DNA of 64,000 nucleotides from the human T2T-CHM13v2.0 reference genome, Homo sapiens (GCF_009914755.1 NC_060934.1); one strand, 5' to 3'; shown: positions 38,001-50,749, numbered from the stretch's first letter. The notes: generated from the sequence alone by a model not told the origin. Made by a program: numbers and translations.

Positions 38001-39121
38001 TGCCTCTTGCTCTCCCCCTGAATGCCAGGGGGAGGAGCCACATGACTGTCACCTGCAGGGCTGAAGCCAGGCCACAAGGCAAGGGCGCCAAGCAGAGGTC
38101 ACCTTGGGGACCGCAGCAAAGTCATGACCAGGTTTAGCCTCAAGCAAGGGCCCAGGGTACCTGTGGCCACAAGGAGCTGGCCGGAGCCCTCGGCATAGGA
38201 TGGGGTAGCCGGGGCAACTCGGGCCCTCCCTGGAGGCCTCAGGTGCAGAGTGGGCCCTGCCATCACCGCCATTCTGTGGTAAGACCGCCTATCTGCTCTC
38301 TCAGCCTCTTCCTCAACACAGTAACTGGGAAAATCCCTTCTTCTCTTTAATTTTTTAAAATTGAAAATGGAGAACAGTAATCATTGAGAGCAATAATAAC
38401 AATAACACTAATTCAGAGTGCCCCCTCAGGCCCTGCTGAGAGATGCAAAATCTCAGCCCCTGAGACAGGCTCTAGGGGCCCAAGATGGGCCCACGCCGGC
38501 AGCATTCCCCACCCCACCCCCATTCCACCCACAGCCTTCCCAGCCTCTGCTGAAGGCAGACAGGTGAGGGTAAATTGAGTAGGGATTTTGCCAGGCAGTT
38601 GCTAAGATCACTCCAAGAATCCTGAAATCCTGATTAATGGGCAAGATGGCTCTGTGCTTTGGCAGTGGGTCTCAGGCGCCTTTTCTTATGGAAAGCAGCG
38701 ACGCACACTGTTGGCGGCTGTCTGGCATAACGCCTGCTTGCCTGGCCTCATTCGAGGGGCTCAGGAGACCCCAGCATCACCCGGGAGCTGGCAGAAGTGC
38801 GCCAGGAAACCATCATGTGACCATCCTTCCCAGCTCCTAGGGACTTGGACTCAGGGATAGCCAGGATGGAAAACCTGGGGCCAATAAGGGTAAACAGCCT
38901 GTCCCGGGGGCAGCAGGCCTCTGTGTCTACAGGTAACAGGATGCCCTGCCGCCCAGCTCCACCCCACACTGCATGGCATTTGAGCTGAGTGGGCACCGAG
39001 AAGGTGCGTCTCCTTTGCCACTGCCCAATTCAGAAGGATCAGCTTTCCTGTCTGAGGCCAAACAGGTAACAGGGCCTCAGGGACTGCAGACACCAGGGAG
39101 GTCAAGGCCTTTTACTCCAGT

Positions 39122-39260
39122 CAGTGGTTCTCGACCACAGCAATGTTGCCCCCAGCTGAGGACCACTTGTCATGACTGCGGGAGGGGGAACAATGAGCAT
39201 CTAGCGGATGGAGTCAGGGATCCTCCCATGAAGGACAGCTCTCCACAGACCCACAAGCCC
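39122..39260. mobile_element. MER20-like hAT DNA transposon fragment
   Basis: CAGTGGTTCTC terminus, TTGTCATGACTG and GCATCTAGCGGATGGAGTCAGGGAT. Confidence 0.6.
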
Positions 39261-40194
39261 CATGTCACTCCACATCACAGCGTCTCTCCCTCTGATTGCC
39301 TGTGTGAGTGCAGCTCGCTTTCTTTAGGCATTTGCTATGTGCCTTCAAGAATGTTTCCATCGTGGCTTCAATACAGATGGGCTGTATCTGCTCTGGCCCC
39401 GCAATGGGCTCAAACATCTTCCCCAGGCCTCTAATGCCTGACAGGAGAGAGGAGGAGAAACGTGCCATTCTACAGCCAAGCGTGTAAGGAATCCCAGAAC
39501 AAACGGAACCGTTTTGTTACCATCTACCACAGGCCAAGGCCCTCCCATTGCTGTGCCGGCGCCTTCTGTTTCCTCCCTGGTCTTTTTGCTCCCAGCCCGG
39601 AGCCTCTGGAATACATGAGACGAGGTTCCCGATAGGTGCAGGGCTTTACGGCTCCCTCAGTATCCCTGCCCTCCAGCTCAGATGGCCACCCTGTGACGCT
39701 CTTTTGCCCAGTCTCCTCCTGCTGCTGGGAGACCTGGCCTCCAGCCAACCCCCTTATGTGAACTCTGACTTCCCTTCTTATCTAACTCATGAGCCTGCAA
39801 TACTGGGGTGATTCATCCCATTACTTTAAGGGGAGGCTGGAAGCAGCCATGATGGATGCCAGGGAGTCTGGGAAAACTACTGGCATCTCTTGCCCACTGC
39901 AGAAGCACCCAAGGCAAGCAAACAGGCAAATGTGGGTGTATGGGTGTCGACCTCTCCAGGTTCTAAGTGAGGCCCCATCCCTGGAATCTCACACAGCCAG
40001 CCTCCTGGCCGGGCCATTCCTGGGTAGCAAGCCCTCCCTTGGCAGACCCTGCAGCAGGCGATGGGAACTGGGAGCAGAAGGAGAACAGCCTCCACCTCAG
40101 AGAAGCCCAAACTCAATGAAGAGGCAGGACTGGTGAGCGGCACACACTGGGAAGGGATGCACAGCGAGGCATCGGGGCCGCATGTGCTGATGGT

Positions 40195-40390
40195 CAGGCT
40201 GTGCTGGGCACTCTGCCAAGCACGTGGGGAAAATATCATCTCATTTAATGTGTATCACTGCCCTGAAGCTCTCAAGTTTATTACTAGACCCATTTCATAA
40301 ATGGGGACTCTGAGTCTAAGTGACTTGGATGAATGGCGCAGAAAGCCACGGCAAATCTCCCTGTCTCTGAGGAGCGGCCCCAAGGCTCCA
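40195..40390 (-). mobile_element. MIR SINE
   Basis: GTGCTGGGCACTCTGCCAAGCAC...ATCTCATTTAAT...CCCATTTCATAAATGGGGACTCTGAG. Confidence 0.6.
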
Positions 40391-42831
40391 GGCCTCGGGT
40401 GTTTCTCTTGCTCATAAACCCCACTCCCCAAGCTGCGACAATCAGATTTTTCAGGGTCTCAAGCAGAGTGTTGATCTGTACATTTTGAAGTTCCAAAGGA
40501 ACTGGAAGCTCCCTGTAGACAGGCAGGCAAGAGAAGAAAAGGAAAGCTGTCGCCAAGACCCCACCACATGCGGGAGCTTTCCATTAGCAGGACTGTCCTC
40601 AGAACAAGTGTGAGCAGAGATGCATGTCACCAATGCACTCATGTGGCAGCTGAGGCTCAGGGAGGCAGGTATGTGTCCAGTGTCACAGCTAGGAAGCAGC
40701 AGAGGGCAGGGAAGGCCTGTACCCTTTCCATGTCACCCCATGGGGTGGGGTGGCTATGTCTCCCTCGGGGTCACCCCCTCCCCCAGGGCACCTCACTGAA
40801 GTGTTGAGGGCAGACCCAAGATGGCTGCTTGAGATGAGCCGAGGAAAATGTCTTCGGCTTCACCAGACACAGGAGGAGCTTCATAGCTCAAGGGATGACC
40901 CTGGCCTGTGGTCACTGTTTCCTACAAAGCCCAGAACAGCCCCGTGTGCATGAAGCAGGTCAGTAGCCACATGGAGCTATCAGCCAGCAGAGGGCTCAGG
41001 GTGGAGCCAGGGATGGGAAAGGAAGTGGGTGTGGGCACGGGGAGAGTCAACAGGAAATGCACTGGGGACGCCATGGGGCTGGCTGAGGCCTCACCACCCC
41101 CAGACTTCTGCATTCTTGGTTCTTCCTAGGATGCTGAAAATCTGCTTGGCCCTGCAGGGCACAATGGCACACCCTGCCTCCTCCAGAAAACCCTCTCTCT
41201 GAGAACACTGCAGCAGCCAAGCTTCTGGGAGGAAACCAAGACACATCGAGGATCCAAGGCTCTGGGAGCGTCTGTTGGAAAACCCCACGCTCAAGACCAC
41301 AGGCCTGGGCACGGCAGAGGGCCAAGCCTTGGGCAGGAAACCTCCAGGATGGAGAGGGACAGATGGGCAGTGGGTGCCTCCAGCCCAGTGTGCCTGGTGC
41401 CCACGAGCCTGCAGTCTCCATGGAGGGGAAGGTCTGGGAAGCTGGGGTAGGATGGGCTGCGGCCTGCTGTGTCCTGGCCTGGCTCTCCACCACCTGCCAT
41501 AACATCATCACACATCTCCCCCCTCCTTGGGAGCCTCCCCCATCTGTAAAATGGCAATAATGACCTCGTCCTGCCTGCCTCATAGGAATGCCATGAGACC
41601 TCAAGAATAATTGCCATGGGGCTTCACGAGGGAGAACCCACTAGAAATGCAACAGCAGAGCCCTCCACCATGTCCTCACAATGGGCCAGGCATGGTGCGT
41701 GCACCAACAAGCCCCTAAAGGTGCTCTTTTTTGCTTTGCAGATGAGCAAACAGGCTCAGAAAGGTTAAGTAACTTGCCCAAGGTCCTACAGATGAAACAG
41801 AACTCAGAGCTAGTCCACCTGTCCCGCCTGTTTGGGGCTCCTTTTGCTGCTAAGGGGTCTGGCCGGGATTAGCAATTGTGGGAAGCCGCCCTGAGAAGAG
41901 AAAGCACCGTCCCAGCCCTTAACGAATGTGCAGCGTCACTGGAGAGACTGGTGGTGGAAAGTGCTTGCCACAACAAGCGAGCCACTTGCGGGAGACAGGA
42001 TGAAACTGGTGGGGGATGAGAGCTGTATCCTACTGACTTGCAGAAGCAGCTGCAGGCCTGCTGGGCAGACTGCCAAAGGCAGGCAACAGCAGCAGTGGAA
42101 GGCCAGGTCTGGTCACTGCCCCATCATCAGCTAACTTTCTAAGTGACCCAGGGCAAAGGACTGCAACTCTCTAGGCCTGTTTCACCAGGTACATAATGAC
42201 AGGTCCCTTCCAGTTCTGAAACGTATAGGCTCCAGCTAGAACCTTCTGCACCTACCTCTTCAACCTCTAACCTGGGAGTAAGGAAACCAGCCTGGATTAT
42301 TTCGAAGTTTCCATGTCTTCCAAGAAAAAATATTGTTGTCTCAGTAGATGGCAGCAAACTAACCCTGGCAGAGGCCTTCCTGCTATTGTTGGACCAGCTT
42401 GGCACCCTCTGACCACCCATCTGACCAAGCAGAATGGAGGATGGGGTAGAGAGGGTGCTACAGGGCAGGCTGGCCCAGGCAACAAAGCCATGGTGGGAAA
42501 GAGAAACAGCAGGCCTGGCCGGCCCCACCTCCAGGCAAGTCAGCAGCTGTTTCTCCCAACATGTCTGCCCTCCGTCGCATAACACAAGGTATTGCCAAAA
42601 TCCCAGCCACTGCAAGGATGTGGACAATGCCTGTTCTAAACGAGCTTCCAGACCAAGCCTCAGTCTGCTTTCTCACAGCTGGATAAAGGCCGCCTTCCAT
42701 GCAGAGTGTCCCCCTGTAAGATGGAGGGCTTACTGCCAGAGAGCTGCCCTACCCAGAACTCAGGCTGGCGGTGTCCCTGGTCTCCCTCACACACTGGGAA
42801 GTGTGCACTTGATTCTTTGTACTCCTTCAGA

Positions 42832-42918
42832 CCCCAAAAGCAACCAAATATACATAAGTCCCCAAAAGCAACCAAATATACGTAAGTCCCCATAAGCAAC
42901 CAAATATACATAAGTCCC
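42832..42918 (+). repeat. 28-bp tandem repeat x3 (CCCCAAAAGCAACCAAATATACATAAGT)
   Basis: Units start at 42832, 42860 and 42888. Confidence 0.93.
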
Positions 42919-43427
42919 AGGAAACGTGCCATTCATTTTAAGTCCATGGTGCCTTTAGGAAGACACTACTGTTCCCATTTTTTAGATAAGAACTCTGCGG
43001 CCCAGGGCAGTCACTTGCCCAGGCCCTCTCCTCGCAGGCTCACTCCCTCTGCACTTTGCCTGCAGATTTCCAGCCATCTACTAGATATTTCTAGCAGTAA
43101 AACTAACGTCATAACAAGACAAGCTGGCGACAGGTACAGATGACATAATTATCGATCAGATGACTTATCTCCCTAATGGAGCTGGGATATTCTTAGTAAT
43201 ATAATTAAGTATAGGATAATTTTACAATACTGTAGGCTGTGCCCTGCTCCCAGAGTAAGCACTAAGGAGGCAGACCTCTCCCTCCAAGGAAGGACTCTCT
43301 ATCGGTTGGAGGAGGCCAAAGGTAAAAGAGGCCCAGGTCATCGCGGGACAGGTGTCGTCTACCCTGAATCTGAGAACCAGGCATGAGCCTAGGTCTTCTA
43401 AGCGTTCCAGTTGGACCCTCCACGCTG

Positions 43428-43735
43428 GATGATGACAATGATGGTGGTTTTGGCAGTGGTGCTTGTGACGCTGAAAGTAACGGTGGTTATGGTGATGATG
43501 GTGATGACAGCAGCTGCCATCTGCCAAGCACGCACAGTGTGGCCAGATGTGCTAGGCGCTCTACACCCTTTGGCCTATGTGATCTTCACACCAACCCTGT
43601 GAGGCAAGTTATTCTTCTCATCTCCACTTTACAAATGAGGACGCTGCAGCTCAGAGTTTACCTGGCCAGAGCACAGCGAAGCCGAGAGCTGAACCCTAAC
43701 CCCAGGACTCCAGAGGCGCTGTTTTCTTCCACCTA
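43428..43735 (-). mobile_element. Degenerate (TGG/TGA)n tract followed by an antisense MIR
   Basis: GATGATGACAATGATGGTGG... to ~43510, then CCAACCCTGTGAGG..ATCTCCACTTTACAAATGAGGACGCTG. Confidence 0.7.
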
Positions 43736-46700
43736 ATGCCTCCCAGAGTGAGGCATTCCTCCTCCAGAAGGAAAACTACTTCTGCAGATGACCAATTTCC
43801 AGACTATTTCCCCAGTACAATGTCCCCAGCCCTGCTAGGAGGCCAATATTCCTTTGCCATCAGCCATTTGTTTCGAGAGAGAGATGTGTTTGAAAAGAAA
43901 GGGTTCATCCTAAAGTGGATTTTCTGTGCCCTAAACTCTGAAACCCCCCTCTTGCCTTCAACGAGAATGAAAACAAACCTAAGACAACAAAGAAAAAAGA
44001 AATGCGAGGACTCACGGGCGCTGAGTCACACCGAGAGGCTCCACGCATGTGAATTAGCCACGCCAGACACTGGGAGCCCCCCAATCTCCCTTCAGAGGCC
44101 ACTTCCTGCCCAAACCACCCCAAAGCCAAAGCCACTGCAGCAAAGGTGGCAGCAAGGCAGGGCCAGCTGCACTCAGCACAGGGGCAAAGCCAAGCCTTCT
44201 GTCCTTGCCGGCCTCGGTTTCTCCCTTTGTGCCACAGGGAGACAGAGCCAGGTGGCCACCACCTTGCCCTCAGACGCTCTGTTGTGGCCTTGCTGCTAGC
44301 CTTTTCCAGGAGCTGAGGCCCCAGGGCCCTAACTCAGTTCCCTCGTGTTCCATTTCCCTCTGCACCTTCCCAAAGGTGCAGAAGGAGGCTGGAGGGGTGC
44401 GGCTGAGCAGAGGGTGCTGCCTGGCATCCTCCTGAGCCTGCTCTGCTCTGTCCTCCCAGCTACACAGGACAGGCAGGGATGAAGCTAAGAGGGCTGCCAG
44501 GGGAGGCAGTATAAAGGCATGCTGTGGCCCCTCACTGCTGAACTGCAGGCACTGTAGCAGGGAGCCCAGCCGCTGGACGGAATCACAATCCCACACACGG
44601 CACCAGGGACCTGGACTATGCACCCCACTCCTCCTGCTGCTCTCCCCTGCCACCCCCACCTCCGAGACAGTGAGGCCCAGCGGCCTCCTCATTTCCTCCT
44701 CAGGGGAGCACTGTGGAGACTGTCAGCTGACTTCCGACCCTGGGGCCTGCCTGCTCTGGAGGGTCAAGGTCAGCAGAGCCCCACAGATGTCTAGCCCCTG
44801 CCTCAGGTCGGCAGTGACTGGGCACTGGCACATGGCGGGGACACGCCACCCCTGCTGTCTACTATGACTGGGCCTGGAACGTTCACGCCAGCCCCAGCGT
44901 CAGGACAACTGCGACTGAGGGCGGTTCTCAACCCAGACAGCCTTTGCTTGCTGGTTCCTTTATTTGTCCCCCATCTGTGAAGCATCTGTGGTCCACCAGG
45001 TGCTCTCCTGAGCAATGTGAACTCAGGGGCCAGGAAGCGAGGCCCCTGCCCTCCAGGAGTCCCTTTCCAAAGGGCATACCTGGAGAATTTCAAAGCCAAC
45101 ATCAAAGTGTGATAAGCACGAGCATGCTTTTGAGGCTGGAATTATCCCCTCTAGTTTTTCATTTATAGTCCTCTCTTCCACTTGGGTCCCAAGACTTTCC
45201 CAAGTTTGTCCCTGCCGGTGTCCAGCAATGGTTATGAAAACCCGCAGAGGGAAAAGCTATCAATTCCCAACTGTTTCTACTCAGTAGGTGTCAACCATAA
45301 TACCAGGGCTTAGGACTAGCCAGGGTCTTACCATGTGCACAATACGTTCACATCCAGCCGTGCCCAGGGGTGAATTGAGCAAGGAACTCATGCCCAATTC
45401 ACAGATCAGGAAACTGAGGCCCTGGGCAACACCGGGATGGGCTGAGTTCATGCTGTTGTCAGGTGTCAGAGGAGGCTGTGGCCACAGCCTTAGAGAGAAG
45501 AAGGGGCCCGGCCCACAGCTGCACTCACATCTGGTCCCAGCCTGTCACCCACGGTGATAACCCTGGGTGACCATGGCCAGCCACTTCCCTCCTCTGGCCT
45601 CAGTGGCTTCACCTGCAGAGGCAAGGGGTCCAAGGAGGTGAGTGACATTCAGTGTTTCCTGGTGCTCACATTCCAGGGCTATCACAAACACCAGTCCCAC
45701 AGGTAGTGGGAAAGGACAGTATGTATTTTAATGACACAAGGAAGCCTTGTGGTGGAGGGCCTGAAGCAGCAGCATTCCCCATCTGTCCTATATGGCTCCA
45801 GTTCGGGGTCCACTTCCTTCAATATGGAAGGTAGCAAGAGTACCCAGGGAACGGCCGAGCAAACCACAGAAAGGCAAAAATCTACTAGCTGGAACCCTCA
45901 GGCTAGTCCCCAGGGCAGAGGAGCCTCTTGCCTCTCCAGCCCACACAGGCAGACGACGCCCTGTGTTGGTGTGTGCTCGACCAATCAAAGGAGCTGTAGA
46001 CAAAATGGCCCTACCTTCCCTTGTGCACCCAGATGCCTTGGCCAGGAGGAGACTGTGCTGCCAGGCCCTAAGAGGTAGGACCCACGTGCCCTTGAGGCCA
46101 GGACAGCATTTTTCAACCAGGTCCCGGAGGGCTCTGCAGATAACTAAGTTAAACAGAGCCTTGAGGGCTGCCTGCCTCACCTCATGTGCCCCAATGACAC
46201 TGGTAGGGCCTTGCTCTTCAAAAACTATTTTGATAGGATTTTTATCCCTGCTCAGTGAATGGGGAGAGAAGCCCATAGGCTTGGATATGTTTCTCAGATG
46301 CAGCCCCAAGCTCAAGGCCAGCCAGGAGGTAATGTCCTCCAGATTTCCAGAAGAGCTGTGCCTGAGGCTGGGACAACCAGCTTCCTTTATGCCAGGAGGG
46401 TTGGAGTAAAGCAGGGGCTTGCCAGAAGGGCTCTGGCGTGGGGACCCTGATGGACTCAACAGGGGCATCTCACAGAGCTGAAAATACCCAGGCACTGCCA
46501 GGGTCCTGGATGGCCAGGCCTCACTCTCCGTGTTACACTTTCAAGAGGTCTTGCAAGAACAAGATGGGCTGCGGGCCCCTGCCAGGACACTGGCCCAGCT
46601 GACGGCACTCATCTGTAGGGCAAAGAGGCCCAGCTGGGTCTCGCTGGCACAGTGGGGTCAGACTCATGAGCCAGACTTGGGTCAAAGCCCTCTCTTAACC

Positions 46701-48849
46701 ACTATCTTCTCAGGGTAACCTTGGCCAGGACCCTCCCAGTCTCAGCCTCGCTTTCCTTGTCCACATGGCCCAAGCAGAGCCTATCTCAGAGGGATCCTGT
46801 GAGGAAGAAATGAACAGGATGCAAGAACGCACTTTGGGACCTCCAAGGTGCTGGACAGATGGGGGAGTCCATGTGTGGCCAGGTCTGGAACACCTGCTGC
46901 CCAGTTCAGGGTTGATGCCAGCTGGATTCTCCAGCTTCTTTATACTGACCAGTGCTGTGCAGAAACTCAGCTAGAAAGCCCCAGGAGCCCGGTCCCACCT
47001 GGTAACCTTCTGGAAGCCGACCAGGCAGCTCCAATCAGCACCCTTCCTGGGCTGAAGTCTGCCAGGTTGCTGAGGACGCAGGGAGGAGGGGCATTCAGAG
47101 CCATTAAGGGATCTGCTGGACACCAGCCACATGCCTCCTTATTTGGAAAAACTGTGGCTCTGGGAACTCAGGTGCTATCCTAAAGAAAGAGGCTCCTATC
47201 CTTGCCAAAGGAAATAATTAGGAAGCATTGTGAGAAAAATGCATGTTGTGAATGAAACGCTGCGCCCAGCCATGCGAAGTGCGATTGTCATCGTCATGCA
47301 ACGCTATGGTGCTCAGAAAAAAATCTTCAAACAAAGGACCTGGAGCCTAGGGCCTGGCCCTCCCAACCCCTGGGTCTGAGCGGACTTCCTCTCTCCACAC
47401 CAGAACAGAAACTGGACCACACTGGAACATCAGCTCTGGGAAGGGCCACTTCCGGTCTGTGGCCATGCTGGCAAGGATGGGAAGGAAGAGCGCTCCCAGG
47501 GAGGTGGTGTTTGGCTTCCCAAAGGTCTGCAGTCATGGGGATGGCAGCAGAGATGGTGAGGGCTGACTTTCCACTTACAGCAGAACAAAGAAGGAGTTAC
47601 TGGAAGGCAGAATCCGCCTCTGATTCATCTCCCCGTGGCCCTCCCTGCCCAGGGCGAGGGTAGAAAGCCCGACTCCAGGCATGTGCCAGGGTCCCCACCC
47701 CCAGCTCGGGTGGTGGCAGAACCCACTCCCTTCCACTACAGAGGAAGGGACATCTCTGCGGACATGAGTGGTGTTGTGGGTAGGGCTGTAGGTGTTTGGC
47801 CTTCCTGAGGCCTGGGACCTTCTGCTCCCCCAGCTCTGAGTCCCTGGGTTTGTGAGCAGGCCCCTTCCAGAAGGAGGTAAGGAGGCCCCGGCGTGCCTCT
47901 GCTCGCCCTGTCTGTGTCTGGTCTAAGGAGCTCCATGGGGGAAGTCACACCAGGCCCCTCGGGCTCCTTTTGAAAGCAAGACAGGCAGGAAATGCACAAT
48001 GATTGCTTTGCCAACAGCCAAGACTGCAGTGAGCCACAGGTCCCAAAGCGTGCCCAGGTTACAGGAGCCCCAGGGGCACACAGGTGATGGGCTTCTGGAC
48101 AATCCCGTTTTAGATGATGGCAACACAGATTTGAGCTCCAGGGCCCGGGGCTGCCTCCTCAGGCCCAGCTTAGGGGCCCATTCATAACTTCACTCCACAT
48201 TGGACACTCTTGGCTGGAGAGGGTGGACTGACCACAGTGTCCTGTCACATTCAGGTGACAAGGCTAGCTTCAGGACATTCTCATCTCCCATCTCCCCACC
48301 CACACCCTGGGACTACCTCCTGGACACCACCCAGTCTCACACAGCAGGAGGCCATTCAGAGGCTCAGCATTTCCACATGAATTCAGGTGTCAGGACCTGC
48401 TGGCCTGGGGAGGGGCCTGAAAGCCACACCCTCCTGGGTGTCAACAGGAAGACTAGGGGCTCCTTGAACTTGCTACCTCCTTGGCTTTCCCCACCAAGAC
48501 ATCTCATCCCACGAAGCTTCTCAGGACGATACCAGCAGGAAACACGGGATGCCGAGGAATGAGGAAGAGCTGCCCAGCACTGGGGCTCTGGAGACAGCCT
48601 CTCCTTGGGGTGAGCGTGGCCACTCCAGGTAACGCCCACTGTCATCCAGGGACTGCTTAATGGCAGAGCTGGGGCTCCTGACTGCAGCAGGGGTTCAGCA
48701 GGCACAGATGAATATCCAGCAGCCTGTTCTCTGCTGGGGTCCCTCTGCCCCAGCCACAGCCAGCTCCTCCCACACACGCCAGCCTTGGAGGTCTCTCATT
48801 CCACGCAGAAGATCCTTCTACTTCTCTGCTCGTCGCCTCTGTCCCACTA

Positions 48850-49160
48850 CCCATGCTCCTTGTCTTTGCAGCACTTACTTTGTCCAACACAATCTGCTTT
48901 GCTCTTAATATTGTCTATCTGTCTACACTAGATGGAAGCTGCCAGAGAGAAGGGCCCATGGCCATCCTGCTCCACACAGTCCTCAGTGCCAAGAGCAGTA
49001 TGTGCACACAGCAGGTACGTACCAAACAGAACTAGCCCCAGAACGGGATCCATCCAGCAGCAGGCAATGGGGCATTGCTTCTGTTTTTCCTGCTCTACAG
49101 TACCAGCATGGTACCCAGCACACAGTAGGTCCCAGAAAGACACATTGAACAGGTGGCAAA
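48850..49160 (+). mobile_element. L2 3'-end fragments
   Basis: CACTAGATGGAAGCTGCCAGAGAGAAGGG...CACACAGCAGGTAC and CCCAGCACACAGTAGGT. Confidence 0.55.
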
Positions 49161-49894
49161 GAGAAACCTGAACATGGGTCCTTTATGAGTACAAAGGAAA
49201 TGAGGAGGAGGCCTGGATTCTGCCCACTGGAACAGGGCAAGGCCCAAGATCTGGGAGGCGGACATACAACCAAGAGGCGTCTAGGTTTGCTCACTTACAG
49301 CAGGCACTCCCACTGTGGAGGCGCAGTCTGGAGGCACCCCAGGCCCCACGATAAGCATGCTCTGAATGATCAAGAGAGCCAAAGGCTCCAGGGAGCCCTG
49401 CTGTAGTGGGAGCGCAGGTGTTCCCCGACGCCATGGCCCTAATGGAGGGCTGGTTTGGGTACAATGCCACAGTGAACACAGACCCCCTGAACTCACATAT
49501 AGACTATTTGTTAAGAACAAAACCAAACTAATAGTAGGGCACTGCTCCATCAGCACCGTTGCTCCAGTGTCCATGGCACAGACCAATATTGGAAACGACT
49601 GTTGTTCACGGACAGGCTGGAAACAGTTGGTCAAATTGTGCTTGGTGCGGCCAGGCCAGCCCAGCCCCTAAGGCCAGACAACACGACCCTCCCGAAGGGA
49701 CAACAGGGTTGATGAGATCATAGGTGATGTGCTGCCCTCCCACTGATGGAGTGTGTTCTGTGGTGTTAAAGAGGAAATAGCATTATTACAAACTAAGGAT
49801 ACAAGAGCATCAACATTCACAGTCTTTGAAACTGAACAGCCTAAAATAATTCAATTCTATGTTGCACAAGCCAGGAGTTTTTTTAAAAACTGTG

Positions 49895-50090
49895 ACAACA
49901 CTTGGACACAGGAAGGGGAACATCACACACCGGGGCCTGTTGTGGGGTGGGGGGAGAGGGGAGGGATAGCATTAGGAGATATACCTAATGTAAATGACGA
50001 GTTAATGGGTACAGCACACCAACATGGCACATGTATACATACGTAACAAACCTGCACGTTGTGCACATGTACCCTAGAACTTAAAGTATA
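49895..50090 (+). mobile_element. 5'-truncated primate L1 (L1PA3-5-like) 3'UTR end
   Basis: Near-consensus GGACACAGGAAGGGGAACATCACACACCGGGGCCTGTTGTGGGGTGGGGGGAG...GTACCCTAGAACTTAAAGTATAA; preceded by a TTTTTTT/AAAAA endonuclease site. Confidence 0.95.
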
Positions 50091-50240
50091 AATATATATA
50101 TATATGTATATATGTATATATATGTGTGTGTATATATATGTGTATATATATGTGTGTGTGTGTATATATATGTGTGTATATACATATATATGTGTGTATA
50201 TGTGTGTATATATATATGTACATATATATATATATATATA
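50091..50240 (+). repeat. Compound (TA)n/(TG)n microsatellite at the L1 tail
   Basis: Directly visible. Confidence 0.96.
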
Positions 50241-50504
50241 AGAAATGGCAGTATACAGATTAAAAGAAAGGAAAAAAAACTGTGTCTGCTTTTCATATTG
50301 GATAGAGTAAGAAACCAGTGCTAAGCTAATATATTTTGTTTTAACTCATGTTTCTTTCCCCTTTTTAAAGCAACAAATTCGTATTTCTTGTCATTGTTCC
50401 ACACATTGGTAAATGATGATTTAAAATCTGTATTTGCACCTGTGGAATCCATGGACTCCTGGGGCTAGAAAGGGTGTCAAGAGTCACTTCTCAGCGTTAT
50501 AACT

Positions 50505-50690
50505 GCTCAGAAAAAGGACTGCAAGGAACTACACCAAATATTTAAAGATCATTATCTCTGTAGGTGGATTTCAGAGGAATTTAAATTTCTGTTCTTTTAC
50601 ATTTCCAAACTATATTTTTTCTCTTCTGAACTTTAAACTTTTTTACAAGTATGCATTAATTTTTTTAACCAGTAGAAACAGTAAATGTCA
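50505..50690 (+). mobile_element. L1ME-like 3' end fragment
   Basis: AGAAAAAGGACTGCAAGGAACTACACCAAATATTTAAAG...TTTTTACAAGTATGCATTAATTTT. Confidence 0.55.
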
Positions 50691-50749
50691 ATGAATGTGA
50701 AACTGACATACTCCTGAGCTGATATACAAGTGTTTGTGCCCTCTACTAA

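Noticed and set aside
43222-43602. Poly-His or Met/Val-rich ORFs
   Set aside because: Translations of a degenerate (TGA/TGG)n simple repeat at a MIR end.
50081-50324. Tyr/Ile/His/Val/Cys-rich ORFs
   Set aside because: Translations of the TA/TG microsatellite.
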